This document shows, piece after piece, positions 12,631-27,000 of a DNA stretch of 64,000 nucleotides; position 1 is the first letter of the stretch, and each line of letters starts with the position of its first letter. The position numbers and the translations under genes are program-made. Location: the NCBI GenBank assembly GCA_951406725.2, contig OX597817.1:52080001-52144000 (forward strand). Reading direction: 5' to 3'. The stretch comes from Octopus vulgaris (lineage: Eukaryota). Below the pieces are notes generated by a model. That model made no database searches and was not told where the DNA came from. It saw only the letters and a program-made list of their open reading frames with translations.

Positions 12631-12725
12631 TGCAGCTGAAGAAGGCTTTTGAACTATCTGTTATGTCGATTATGCATCGATGTAAGAATAAGTCGTACAA
12701 TAAAGCTCGAAACATATGTACCGCA
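12631..12725 (+). ncRNA. Type-I hammerhead ribozyme motif (partly degenerate)
   Basis: tgcag-CTGAAGA-aggcttt...aaagctc-GAAA-catatg-TA-ccgca; one mismatch each in stems I and II. Confidence 0.5.
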
Positions 12726-12763
12726 ACATCCTTTGTGTCCTGTTTTTCATTTTATTTCATTTG

Positions 12764-12861
<98 letters not shown>

Positions 12862-13219
12862 GACGGGCTTGTTTCAGTTTCCGCCTACCAAATCCACTCA
12901 CAAGGGTTTGGTCGATCCGAAGCTATAGTAGAAGAGACTTGCCCAAGGTGCCACGCAGTGGGACTGAACCCAGAACCATGTGCTTCGTAAGCAAGCTACT
13001 TACCAAACAGCCACTCCTGCGCCTAAAAAGCTATGTGGCCAGTATGGGGCTCGATACCATGACATTCGTGGTTATTAGCACGACTTGTTCTTATTTTTTA
13101 AAACCTGGTACTTATTTTACCGGGTTCTTTTGCCGAACTACTAAGTTACAGGGCTGTAAACAAACCAACACAGGTGTTCAAGCGGGGATGGCAAGCACAA
13201 AGGCAAAGACATACACATA

Positions 13220-13704
13220 CCGTAAATCCTCGAGTATAATCCGCATTTTCCCCCTAAATTTAAAGGTCAAAATCCCTAGTGCACGTACTATATACGAGGT
13301 TAAAAATGAAAAATATTTTCTAAGCAATGTTTATTCAGGCGCATTTTGTGATGTCGGCCGCGAAAATACCTTAAGCTAAGCCTGAAAGCAATGAAGTCAT
13401 AAAAGGATCATCCATAACTTGCAATAAGCAACATTTATTAAACGTTATTACTGTTATTGCTTTATTTTCTGCAAACAAAATGCACAAAAAAGCTACATGT
13501 TTGCATTATATTATATATACAATAACAATAAAGGACGTTACTGTATACATTTTTACAAACCAAGGACGTTATATAGACCTCCTTGGCTCAAGTTAGAGAA
13601 AGGGTGCGTATTATACACAAGGTTTAGGTTTTTTCAGAGGTACAGCCCACTAAAAATCCCCTGCGTATTATACTCAAGAGCGGACTATGCTCGAAGATTT
13701 ACGG
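13220..13704. mobile_element. Tc1/pogo-type MITE with TA TSD
   Basis: TA|ccgtaaatcctcgagtataatccgc ... gcggactatgctcgaagatttacgg|TA. Confidence 0.8.
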
Positions 13705-13817
13705 TATACAATACCCGACAGACTTCTTTTGGCTTCTAACAAATCCACATGCGGTTGAATGAATTCGAAAGCACGTGGTTTCAAAGCGAGTTTCTTAACT
13801 ACAAAAACTTTGTGTAA

Positions 13818-13946
13818 ACATACATACATACATACATGCATGCATACATACATACATGCATACATACATACATACATACATACATACATACATACATACA
13901 TACATACATACATACATACATACATACATACATACATACATACATA
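13818..13946. repeat. (ACAT)n microsatellite
   Basis: Direct inspection. Confidence 0.95.
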
Positions 13947-15057
13947 AAAACTGTAAAAATCTGTAAAAGCCGGTAAAACTTTTCAGAAGTTTATCATTTA
14001 AATATATATGAGCATGTCTAGACATTCAAGTATGTGCATGAGAAGACATACATAATACTAAACATACAAATCTGCACATTATATACAAAATATTCTGTTG
14101 TTCATGTTCAAATTCCAATGAAACCGGTTCTTTCTCTATTGGCAAGAAATCTTGAAATAAAACTGAATCATGACATACGTACATACATACATACATACAT
14201 ACATACATACATACATACATACATACATACATACATACATACCGAGGAGTGGGGCACAATGAGTAATATTTACTTAATTTTTTTTAACTTTGAGAAAAAT
14301 GTTTTTTATAAGTGTTCATTATCTAACAAAAACTGCATCAGTTATACAAATTACCTTCTTTAGATGCATTAGAAACACTATAACATATTTAGAACACTAC
14401 TTCAGAAAATTTTCTTCGTTCTCTTTGAGCATACAAAAGACAAATTTAGCTGGGGCAAAATGGGTAAGACAAATTAAGGTAAATTTACTCCTTCAATTCT
14501 CCAGAATTGCATTTGAGAAAAAAAAGACTCAAACACATCAATATCCATCCGTAGACATCAGAAAGATTAGGAATGCAGCAAAAATTTAAAATATATATAG
14601 AGCAAGTGAAAGAGGATCGTGGGAAAATAACACATGATATGAAATTAACGAAACTCGACATAGAATAATTTCTATAGCTTCTTCGCGATCTATCGGAGTG
14701 GCCGTCTTTCTGATATATCATCGTACCATGCAGAAGAAATTAAGAAAAGAATTATAGCGATTAGTCATTACTCATTTTGCCCCGTTATTATTATTATATT
14801 TTTTTTAATATTTTTGGAAATTAATGATTATCAGATTAAACGTTAGAGTGGCGAAAAACTTTGACTTGAAATCCAGCAGAGAAAAGAATATTGATTGTTT
14901 GTTGAACACCAAAAATTATCTAAATATTTTATTAGCAACCTCAATTACAATCCGTTAAAAGTTCAGGAAAAATTTCTTGAAAAAAATGCGTCACCTGATT
15001 GTTTCAAACGAAAATAACGAGAAATCAACAATTACTCATTTTGCCCCCCCCCCCCCT

Positions 15058-15490
15058 ATATATATATATATACATACATACATACATACATTCATACATA
15101 CATATATTCATACATTCATACATACATACATACATACATACACACATACATACATACATACATACATACATACATACATACATACATACATACATACATG
15201 CATACATACATACACACATACATACACACATACATACATACATGCATACATACATGCATGCATACATACGTACATACATACATACATACATACATACATA
15301 CGTACATACATACATACATACATGCATACATACATACGTACGTACGTACGTACGTACGTACGTACGTGCGTGCGTACATACATACATACGCTCTCTCTCT
15401 TCCTTTCTCTTTCACTCTCTCATACTCTCGCACACACACACACACACACGCATATGTACGTATATCTCTATTCACACACACATACACAAA
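15058..15490. repeat. Long compound (ACAT)n/(ACGT)n/(AC)n microsatellite
   Basis: Direct inspection. Confidence 0.95.
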
Positions 15491-15951
15491 ACCACTTCAT
15501 TCTAACCCAGATTATCCGGATTGCTTCTTTCATTCATTTATTTACGGCGGGGACTATTTCTCACGCAACACCGTCACCCAATTACCGAGTTTTCCATTTC
15601 ATTCTTTCCTTCTTCAAATCACGTTTCTCTCCTGGCGCGGCAGATATGGCGAATGAATTAGACTGTTCCAGTCTAGAACTTTCCATTTTACAGGGTTTTA
15701 CTCACCATGACTGTTGTGGTAAATATACATTAACATCTCTCTGTCTATTTTAAACACTTTCAGGAGTTCAATTAACCTTTTTTATTACAATATATAAATA
15801 TTAATTAATATATACATACACATATGTGTGTCTAAATATTATATTTTTAATTAAGTTTTCATTCAGCTCCATATGACGAGATTTTGTGGGCTTTTAGGAC
15901 GAACCCAGCTCATCAGATTTCCAGTTACCATTCCTACGAGCCCACGAAACT

Positions 15952-16250
15952 TTAAATGGTACTACTTGAGAACAGTGGTCCCAGTACGCGCACTCGCGTT
16001 AGCTAGTCATGACTAGTCGATCCTTACTCTGTGTTTTTGTGTGTTATTTACTTCGTTTAAAAAATTATTTACTTTGTGTTTTTGTGTTTTATTTACTTCG
16101 TTTAACAATGATTATTTACTTTGTATAAAAAAAAAATTATTTATTTTGTGTTTTATTTACTTTGCTAGGCAGTCGTAGGATCGACTAGTCACGACTAGCT
16201 AGCGCGGATGCGCGCATCGGGACCACGGTTCCCAAGTAGTATCCTTTAAA
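15952..16250. mobile_element. MITE with ~70-bp imperfect TIRs bounded by TTTAAA (Kolobok-like, inferred)
   Basis: tactacttgagaacagtggtccc...gactagtcgatcct mirrored by aggatcgactagtc...gggaccacggttcccaagtagta; outer cagctccatatga/tcatatggagctg pair at ~15864 and ~16263. Confidence 0.6.
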
Positions 16251-16779
16251 TCATATGGAGCTGAGTCAAACTGTTATTAAAAATTCTATATATCTCCCAC
16301 CTAATACACTAAAAACCACTTTCTTTCATTTGTCTCCTCGTATTCTAATACATTATACACGATCTTTTATTTTCTTCATGTTCTGCATTATTTCTCTAAA
16401 TGTGCGTACGTCGCACATATTTGACTCTGCGACCATTCCTTATGGTTTAAAGATTTCGGGTTATTGAAGTAAAAATCCTTAAGATTTCAACGCCAGACCT
16501 TTAAGCACATGTCCGAATAAATTAGAAATAGATTGTTATTGTTTGTTTCAATTTCTCATAACCAAATTGACTGATTTAATTAATTTACGAAGATTATTTT
16601 AATTCCTAACTTGTAGATATAAAAGATTTAATATTTCGGAAAATCTAACACTGTTTTAAAAATTTTATTCTGGATTTTTCTTTATATAAAGTCACTTATT
16701 CTGATAATTAAAAATAAATCTTGTCTTATCAATTAATAATTCATTACTAACGATTCAATGTTGGAAAATATAACATGTT

Positions 16780-16890
16780 CTTCTAGTCGTAGATTCGCCG
16801 GCAACCGGCTAGAATTATCGGTTTTTCTTATGGTACCGGTAATTACTATCATATGGCGTCATAAGCTTTGGGAAGAAGTCATGTACGTCG
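16780..16890 (+). promoter_or_regulatory. Candidate promoter / non-coding first exon of TTC27
   Basis: Non-repeat, relatively CpG-rich patch with ATGGCG (YY1-like) motif and a donor-like AT|gtacgt at 16882/16883. Inference only. Confidence 0.25.
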
Positions 16891-17192
16891 CATTGTCTCT
16901 ATCTTCTCATCTATTATTCTTAAATCTTATGCTGAATTACAAAATAAATTAATAGGATTTAGAATCCATGCCATGTGTTCCTTCCTATCTTTGACACTCG
17001 ATATTACAATGTTAACATGCGACTTTAGCACAAGATGACTAATATGTAGAAATATACACCAATATACCGTTGGTGGTTGTTGTGTCGGCTGGGAGTGGAT
17101 TGAAAAACGAAACCACTGTGCCTCTGTTCTGAGTTCAAATCTTGTAGCTGACGTTATATTGGAGTGAATCCAGTTAACTGTCTACTATTCCC

Positions 17193-17501
17193 GGCAGACT
17201 TTCGGAATAGCTGTTCCACGTAAGTTGGAATTTTTCCGTTTTGGTTGGATTTTTCCAAATTTTAGTATCATACATTTCAAATCAGTGGAGCAGGTGGTTA
17301 AATAAAATTTTATTCTATGTTTTTTTAAACGTGCCCCCCCCACACACACACACACACCGTCTCCGTGTACCTTCGGAACAGCAGTCTCCACTAAGATGAT
17401 TAAATGATTTTTTCCCTTTTCACTGTTTTCATCATTTGGAAAAACCCCGGCCAATACGGAAAAATTACAACGGATGTGGAACAGCTTTTCCGAAAATCCG
17501 C
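17193..17501. mobile_element. MITE-like inverted-repeat element
   Basis: gcagactttcggaatagctgttccac...tttccaaat mirrored by atttggaaa...gtggaacagcttttccgaaaatccgc. Confidence 0.55.
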
Positions 17502-18991
17502 CCTCTTCCTCCTTAAATTTATAGCTATCCACACTATTATATTACTTGTGGCCTTGTCCTTTATAGGAGAGCTACCTGGAAGCAGAGAACACGACAGGGC
17601 TTTCTGCTCCTGGGTCAAACCAGATCACTTTCGTTGCTAATGTCTTTCACAAAATGATTTATTCTCCCTCTTTTAACAGCATAAGACCATGCACCGAGAC
17701 AAAAGACCGATTTTTACCCATTTGTTGACAAAAGTAAACAATAGAACCATTGGAAAGTGCATGAACGCTACAACCTCTTATTTTCCCTGTTCGCGAATGA
17801 AACTTCCCATTTGTGTATTTATATAAATTTGAGAACGGCGTTATGCATCCCTATTGACGAAAAGGGTGGGAGACATCTTCGACACCTCTACCGTCTCCTT
17901 ACCCTGATGTCACATGATAGATGTAAACGTGTGTCACTGTCATGCAGCCGTCTCCTTAGTTTCCAATCCTCCATGAAAAACGTGTCTGCTTGGGAAACTG
18001 GTGAGGACTAGTGGCAAGAAAAAGCAGCCTTAAAAAATTTGCCTCAACAAATTCCAACCCATACAAGCATGCAGGGCCAACCCTAGGTTTGCTGGTGCCT
18101 CGGGCTAGCTGAACTTTGGTGTGTACAAGCTGATGGTTATGGAAATTTCCTTGGCGCCCTGGGTGACTGTCCGAGTTGCTGGTTTCTTGAGCCGGCCCTG
18201 CAAGCATGGAAAAGTAGACATTAGAACGACGATGAACCGAGGTTTCCAAATTCATAATTATATTTGATTAATTTAATACTTAAGCTTTGGTCCAATAAAT
18301 TCTTGGTTCCCATCCTGTGGTAGTTAATAAAATATGTGCAGTTTGATTTTTAAATATTTTCTTGCCTCTACTTTCAAAATTCTGTGGCTTTGGAAGTGAA
18401 ATTACTATCACTAGTGCTGTCCATTTACTGAAAACTGGGTCCTTTGAAACTTTTATAGCCACTTTCCATGCTGGTATGGGTTGGGTGAGTCTTGGCTGCT
18501 CTGCTAGACCAATTGCATAAATTGCTCAATCCCCCCCCACACACACACACACACACCTATTTTGCTTGTCACGGTGTGTAGCTTTATGATTAGGGTGTGT
18601 CTCTTATGATTTGTACAATTGTGATTTCAATTGCCAGACAAGCTCATACTCTTGAGCAAAACGCTTCAGTCAACCTAACCCCATTCCGCTCAGCTATAAA
18701 TAAGTTTCATCAATAGCTAGGAACCTCAATCACTTACACACCATGAAAACTGGGTTGAGCTTATAAATCCTCAAGGCTCATGATAGCCCTTCATTATTAC
18801 ATTTTTTAGCACTTGGTTTCTTTCACTTGTTTCATTTATTTGACTGTAGCCATGCTTGACTTATTCTTTGTAAGCCTAGTACTTATTCTGTCGGCCTCTT
18901 TTGCCGAACTGCTAAGTTACAGGGGACATTAACACACCAACATCGGTTGTCAAGTGGTCATACGGGGACAAACACAGACACACAAATATAT

Positions 18992-19044
<53 letters not shown>

Positions 19045-19245
19045 TTACAGAAAAACAAAAGATGAAGACAAGTGTATGAACAACAAGCAGGTATATTAGT
19101 TTGATGCTCGAAAAAGTGAGAAAGTCTTTTACGTTTCGAGCCTATGCTCTTCAACAGAAAGGAACATGAGGAAATAAACAGAGAGGGGAATTAAAAAAAC
19201 TTGTGGATTTAGTGGTCAAGCATGGGGACTGATTGGGAAAAAATA

Positions 19246-19281
<36 letters not shown>

Positions 19282-19712
19282 CATCATCATCCAGTGCCGC
19301 TGGACTGGTTCCTGTGCAGGTGGCACATAAAGCACCATTTGAGCATGGCCATTGCCAGTACCGCCTGACTGGCTCTCATGCTGGTGGCACGTAAAAGCAC
19401 CCACTACACTCTCGGAGTGGTTGGCATTAGGAAGGGCATCCAGCTGTAGAAACTCTACCAGATCAGATTGGAGTTTGGTGCAGCCATCTGGTTCGCCAGA
19501 CCTCAGTCAAATCGTCCGACCCATGCTAGCATGGAAAGCGGACATTAAACAATGATGATGGTAAATATATATATATATATGTATATATATATAGTTGAGA
19601 TTCAGTTGAATTAGGTACTTAAGTTGAAGCACCAAGTCAGTCCGGTATTACCTGCACAGCTCGAAGTAAGGTGAATAAACTCAGAGAATAAGCAACAGGA
19701 TATCAAGAAGTG

Positions 19713-19800
19713 ATGCAGTACGACCGTTTCAAGTGGCTCCATTTAATTGAACAGTGCAATCATTACATCAATTTGAATACAGAGCCATCATCAGCTGCAC
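19713..19800 (-). ncRNA. Type-I hammerhead ribozyme motif
   Basis: gtgcag-CTGATGA-tggctc...gagcca-ctt-GAAA-cggtcg-TA-ctgcat; 6-bp stem I, 3-nt bulge before GAAA. Confidence 0.55.
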
Positions 19801-21933
19801 AAATAAACAGAATTTTAATCAGTTGGACACATTAATATAATTTTTCTCAAATACTTTAATAGAACAAGATGGAAGAAATCCATGTTGTCGCTATTGTAGC
19901 TAAGAATTGACTACACTTCCAAGAATGGCATGAAGCCCACTGGGGTCATAGCTTGGGAAGGATTGTGGCTCATTTCTAATTCATTTGTCTCTTTGTCAAC
20001 AACTAAATCTAAGACTAGAAGACTGTGTCTGTTTAGAATGAAGGGCAAGAGTGAGTTGACAGCTCATGGCTAGGTTTGGTCATAAATATTGTCAAGATAT
20101 TAGGAGCAGTAAATTGGATATAGAGTAACTGTCCATAAAAGGAGGCTGGGTAGGGGAAGACCCTAAATCATGGTGTTAGTTACCAATTAAAGGGGCAAGA
20201 TGCTAATAGAACCTATAATGTTAATACCTCGGAGTTACAGTCTACATTGTACATATTAGAGGTGTTAGTACTATTGTTTCTAATTCCTACATCATCATTA
20301 ATATTATTCTATTTATTTTCCTTTGTATGGTGTTCTACCCTACTGATCATATTATGTATGTTTGTAATGGTTTTTATGTAAGTAAGTCTCCTAATTATAT
20401 ACCCCTAAAAACTATATAATCATATAATTGTAACATTGTATAACTGTAACATTGCAATTTATAAAATCTCTTCGGTCTGAATACCTCTAGCTGCCCTCAC
20501 CATACCTACTACCTCCTCTTTTCAAGTTACCTTTATCTCTTCCCTACCTCAAATTTTAATACTCTATCTCTTAAAATGTAGGTTATATATATTTCTTATT
20601 TCTATAAATTCTTATTGTTTTCTTATTTTGATCTCCTTACCTATTAACCTCTGATCTCTTATAAATTGTTACTGTTCTTAAATAGAGATTTTCAGATATT
20701 TAGGTCTATGCAAGATGGTTATACTATATCCATATAAATGTATAAATATATAAATGTATAAATGTATAAATAGCACCAGGTGGTGCTATTAAGTTAGACA
20801 TGGCCTGGGCCAATAATGGCCGAAACCTATCAAAGTATCAAAGTATATATATATATATATGCAGGTATGTGCATAACCTATTAACCTCTTTTCTCTTATA
20901 AATTGTTATCATTCTTGTTTGTAAATAGATACTTTTTAGTTACATAAGTCTATGCAAGATGGTTATATTATATGCATATAAACGAATAAATATTTGTGTA
21001 TGTGTGCACAGATAAATATGTGTGTGTATCTGTACGCATCTTTATTTTTTTCTGATTCTTGGCTTATAATTAATATATAGATAGCATGTTTATCTTTCCA
21101 GTTATTCCATAAATAAGTGCCCAGAGCAGTCTTTATAGAAACCACCTAATTTGTAAATAATTAAATACATGAATGAATATTAACTGATTCTATGTAATCT
21201 TTCCTTTTTAATTCCAAGATATTAGATGGTTCAGCTTGTTTATATTTCTGCTATATTATCATCATCATCGTTTAACGTCCAATTTCCATGCTGGCATGAG
21301 TTGGACAGTTTGACTGAGGACTGACAAGCCTGGAAGCTGCACCAGGCTCCAGTCTGATCTGGCAGTGTTTCTACAGCTGGATGCCCTTCCTAACACCAAC
21401 CACTCCATGAGTGTAGTGGGTGCTTTTTACGTGCCAGGCAAGGCTGGCAACGTCCACGATCGGGTGGTGCTTTTTATGTGCCACCAGAACGGAAGCCAGT
21501 CATGGCGGCACTGGCATCACAAAAAATAACACTAAAATTAGGTCGGTGACATTGACTACAAGTTTAAAGCAATTTAAAGACTGGAGCTCTGACAATGAAA
21601 GTAGAGGGTGAATTTATTTTTCTTTGAAGCAAAGTTGAAAGAAGTGGGTTATAGCTAAATGAAAAGTTAAAGGAATGGCTTTTGGAAAGTCAGATGTAAT
21701 GAACTACAGACAATTATGAAGGATAAAGGAGTGTCACAAGCAACAAAGGAGAGATTGTTTAAATCAGTGCTGCATTTAATAAAGATACAGTTACAGGTGG
21801 GGTTGTGTGGTAACAAAAAGTTTTCATTCCAACTGGTTTTTAATGTCAGTCCCAGCAAGGCCACAATTAATAACTGAAAGATTTTTAAAAAAATAAAGAC
21901 GCAGACAAGGAGTCTATACAAGTATATACACAA

Positions 21934-22321
21934 CTAGCAGTATCGCCCGGCGTTGCTCGGGTTTGTTTCAACACTTTAGAATTGGAATCTTTGAAAAGTA
22001 AAAATTTTGCATTATGCAACTTGTTATTCTCTTTAAGTGAACATTTTTCTGATTGAAATACACCGAAAAATGGTGACACAGCAGTCAAAAAATCATAAAA
22101 AATAGGGATTTTCAGAGAAAAAAAAGCACCTTTTTGATGTAAATAATTTTTGGTGTTAACATGGTCTGATTTGAATTTTTTCTACGGAATGAAGAGCAAG
22201 CCTTCTTCTATCATACTCTCAATTTTGGTCAACTTGCGCCACAGGGTCTCGGAGGAGATAGTGTTAGTTGAAGCCTACCAAACCTGCCATACACAGACAA
22301 CTTCAGCTTTATATATAGAGA
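21934..22321 (-). mobile_element. Non-autonomous Helitron, family H1
   Basis: Third copy; CTAG end and hairpin present. Confidence 0.8.
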
Positions 22322-23860
22322 AAAAATTCATAAACAATAGTTGAATGAAACCAACCACATGATTCCAGGTTCAGTCCCACTGCATGGCACCTTGGGCAAG
22401 TGTCTTCTATGATAGCCTCAGGTCAACCAAGGCCTTGTGAGTGAATTTCGTAGTTGGAAACTGAAAGAAGCCTGTTGTGTGTGTCTGTTCCTGTCTTTGA
22501 CTTTGTGCAATAGTTGTAAATGAGTGCCACCATCATATCAGCAGTGTTCCTTGTTTCCAATTTTCTGAGGAAATATGTCTGGTTATGACATCAGTTCTCA
22601 ATTGGGGTCATATGACCCTTGAGGGCAGGGATGGATCAAGACCCATAGAGGCCCTAAGTACTGAAAAGATTTTAGTACAGTGTAATGCAGTGTAGGAGTG
22701 GCTGTGTGGTAAATAGCTTGCTTACGAACAACATGGTTCCGGGTTCAGTCCTACTGCATGGAACCTTGGGCAAGTGTCTTCAACTATAGCCTCGGGCCGA
22801 CCAAAGCCTTGTGAGTGGATTTGGTAGACGGAAACTGAAAGAAGCCCATCGTATATATATGTGTGTGTCTGTGTTTGTCCCCCTAACATTGCTTGACAAC
22901 CAATGCTGGTGTGTTTACGTCCCCGCAACTTAGCGGTTTGGCAAAAGAAACCGATAGAATAAGTACTAGGCTTACAAATAATAAGTCCTAGGGTCAATTT
23001 GCTCGACTAAAGGCGGTGCTCCAGCATGGCCACAGTCACATGACTGAAACCAGTAAAAGAGTAATGAGTCATAAAATAATTTCTTTACTTCTCAAAATTA
23101 AGCAAAACTAACAGTAAGATAGAAAATAAAGTTTATTTTTGTATCCTTCCACCTGCATTCTGTGCCTTGACCCAAGCATAGAACAGGGCTCGTCTCTTTG
23201 AGCTGGGAAATCAATGGAATGCCTGATGTGTGTCTTGTTGGGGCTCCCCCTTTTATTCTTTTATTTGTTTCAGTCATTTGACTGCAGCCATGCTGGAGCA
23301 GTACCTTTAGTCGAACAAATTAACCCTGGGACTTATTCTTTGTAAGCTTTTGGTCTCATTTTGCCAAACTAAGTTACGGGGATGTAAACACACCAACATC
23401 AGTTGTCAAGCAATGGTGTGGGGGGGCAGACACACAAACATAAACACACACATATATATGACAGTCTTCTTCCAGTTTCCGTCTACCAAATTGACTCACA
23501 AGGCTTTGGTTGGCCCGAGGCTATAGTAGAAGACACTTGCCCAAGGTGTCACACAGGGGGACTGAACCCAGAACCATGTGGTTGGTTAGTAAGCTACTTA
23601 CCACACAGCCACTCCTGCCCCTCCTAAAAAGAAAATGAGAAATAGGTCTGGGTGTATGTATATATGTATGTTCTTGATGAGATCTTCACTATGACACCAT
23701 GAACACTTCGAAATTATATTTCCTCTCATATAAACCATTTTGAATATTATTTTAGCAAGTTTAAAGAGATTTCTTTTTTACCATCAACCATTTACCATTT
23801 CTTTTGTGCCCACCTTTACTTTGATACCCTAAGCACATGCTTATTTTGCTTAATGGTTAA

Positions 23861-25132
23861 CCCCTTAATGGATCAATTATTCTGACATGGCGTTTCATTT
23901 ATGAGCATATTTTTTAATTTCCTTTTTTAATTATATATACTGTGTTAATTACAAAAACGTTTTTTTTATCTTGTTTCCTTTATTTCTTATTATAGAAATT
24001 AAAATGTACTTTTACTCATTTGGATTTAAACGAGTTAACTTGGACATTGAAAAAAATACATATAACTTAACTATCTTCGATTTTTTTATAAGATGTATTG
24101 CTTTTAAATCAAAAGAAAATTTAGAACCATCTCGTTTTGATTCTCTATTATTTATACAAAAAAGAGAATTATTTACGCATTTTTTTTTCTCAAAATGAAT
24201 GAAAATTTAGATATATTCAGTGATAACGAAAGCGATTTTTCATTTCACGATCTGGAAAGCTCTGGGCCCCGTGCCGGTGGCACGTAAAAGCACCATCCGT
24301 TCGTGGCCGTTTGCCAGCACCGTCTGGCACCTGTGCGGGTGGCACCTAAAAAGCACCCACTACACTCGCGGAGTGGTTGGCGTTAGGAAGGGCATCCAGC
24401 CGTAGAAACACTGCCAGATCAGACTGGGCCTGATGCAGCCTTCTGGCTTCACAGACCCCAGTTGAACCGTCCAACCCATGCTAGCATGGAAAGCGGACGC
24501 TAAATGATGATGATGATGATGATGAGATAGACAGTTTATTTAGAATGATGATTTTTAAAACAAGGAGTTACACACAAAGTTATCTTGCAGACATCACACA
24601 TGTATCTGCTTTCTCTTCGAATCGGACAAGCAATTGATTTCATGCCATGCACGTGCATCTATCTGATTATCTTCTTTGTCATCTGATGAAAAATTGTCAG
24701 TCTAAACTACACATGTCTAATTCATCCCCAGAGCTTTCCAGATCGTGAAATGAAAAATCGCTTTCGTTATCGCTGAATATATCTAAATCTTCATTCATTT
24801 TGAGAGAAAAAGATGCGTAAATAATTCTCTTATTTGTAAAAATAATAGAGAGTCAAAACAATGGCATCAACCTCCTCCTGAATCTGAGCATACACTGAAG
24901 TAAAAGTTCAAAACTCAGAAACATAAATTCTTTGGAATGGTGCCAGAATATGTGCTGCCAGGCGCACAACAACGCGAGTAAATTCGCGATTGCTCAAAAA
25001 TGAAACGACACAAAACAAATAAACTCGTTTGAGTGCTAAAATTAAAAGTTAATTTTGACTGAGTATACTCGTCTGGTTCTAAAAAGATACATTTGCAATG
25101 CATGAGTAAACTCAGGATAATCCATTAAGGGG
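23861..25132. mobile_element. piggyBac-like non-autonomous element (TTAA TSD) with long internal inverted repeat and nested SINE
   Basis: TTAA|ccccttaatggat ... atccattaagggg|TTAA; internal IR ~24135-24267 vs ~24726-24860; SINE at 24267-24523. Confidence 0.8.
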
Positions 25133-26963
25133 TTAATCCAGTGCTGCTTGAGGGTCCATATAAGATTTTGCTGTTAAAATTCATGTGCAATAAACTGGTT
25201 TCATTTCATCAATACCCAGAATATTTGAACTGTTTCTTATACAATTCCTAATAATATCTACTTATAGAAATATCATAGGATTTTTTAAATATTGAATCAA
25301 AATCAAAATACATCAATGGAAATTGTAGCTGTGATACCAGTGCCGGTGGCATGTGAGAGAACCATCCGAATGTGGCCGTTGCCAGCATCACCCTGACTGG
25401 CCTCCGTGCCAGTGGCACGTAAAAAGCACCCACTACACTCTCGGAGTGCTTGGCATTAGGAAGGGCATCCAGCTGTAGAAACACTGCCAGATCAGACTGG
25501 GCCTGGTGCAGCCTTCTGGCTTCCCAGACCCCAGTTGAACTGTCCAACCCATGCTAGCATGGAAAGCGGACGTTAAACGATGATGATGAATGACTACAAG
25601 GGTACCCGAGGAAAATAGAAATCAAAGGGGTCTGTAGATAATAAACCATTAGGAACCACTGGATTATGGGGAAATTTTACCTTGCTTGGAAACAGGTGGG
25701 GGTTGGCAACAGGAAGAGCATCCAGCCATAGAAAATCTACCTCAGCTTCTTCCGTCTGATCCATGCAAGCATGGGAAAATGCCATTGATAATGATTTAGA
25801 GGCAGGTACCAGTTTGCCTGTATGACAAGTCACACCTGCATGACTTCTATTTGAATGGTACTGAGATGTTGTTGTTGTTGTTTGTTCCTTCTCGAGCCCT
25901 GCCTGGCTCATAAGGGCTGGTTTCCCGGTTTCCTTGGCGTATAGGTTCCCCACCTGGATGGGACACCGGTCCGTTGCAGGTGAGCTGCAAGATGCAGGAG
26001 GAAAGAGTGAGAGAAAGTTGTGGCGAAAGAGTCAGCAGAAGTTCACCATTACCTTCTGCCGGAGCCGCGTGGAGCTTATGTGTTTCGCTCATAAACATAC
26101 ACATCGCCTAGTCTGAGATTCGAACCCGCGATCCTTCGACCACGAGTCCGCTGCTCTAACCACTGGGCCATGTGCCTCCACGGTGCTGAGATGAAGGACT
26201 TCAAATTAAATACTAGTCACTCAGTCCTGTTGGTAGGGTAGGAGCCTCATGTCAGTTAAGAGAGAGGTGGTACATTGTAACGCTGTCAAGAAGAAGGGCT
26301 TGAAACAGTGTACATTCTCTCTTGGTGACCCCCCCGTGAAACTTAAAAGGCATCTGGTATGCAGAATTTTTGATTTGCAGCACTTGCAGAAGCAAGTTAG
26401 TTGCAAGTCTGTCTCTCGGATGTAGAAACTGGAAAATTAGCCAATAAAAACTTCTGCTTTTGAAGTGCTGTGTTGAAGATTATTGGGAATCTCCCCAGCA
26501 GATCAATACTGTAGCAAGTGAACTCTGATACTGCTTTGGAATCATTGATTGCCAAAGATGAAAATTCTTTGGTCTTTTATGGGGGACTAAGGGTATGGAA
26601 AAGAGCATTCCATGTGTGGTAGTGGTGGTGGTGGTAGTAGTAGTAGGGGCTGATGGTTTGAGAGAAAAAGAATAACCACGCATGAGATGGATAGATAGTG
26701 ACGGAGGTGGGCGAGATGACATCCCTGTAGCTGCATGAAACCTGTAAGGAATAGGTGAAACTGAAGACAGCATATACCTTTTACTTGTTTTAGTCACTGG
26801 ACTGCGGCCATGCTGGGGCACCACCTTGAAAGGTTTTAGACAAACAAATTGACCCCAGTACTTAAGTTTTTTTTTTAAGTCTGGTATTTATTTTATCTGT
26901 CTTTTGCTGAGCTATTAAGTTACAGGGATGTAAACAAACTCCAGTTGTCCAGCAGTGTGGGGG

Positions 26964-27000
<37 letters not shown>

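Noticed and set aside
14977-15753. 258-aa ORF and overlapping HTYI/MYVC-rich ORFs
   Set aside because: Translations of (ACAT)n microsatellite; the same applies to ORFs at 1942, 2335, 11545-12299, 13674-14363 and 34869.
26100-26182. tRNA-like sequence on the minus strand
   Set aside because: It is the head of SINE family D, continuing into the SINE body; not an independent tRNA gene.
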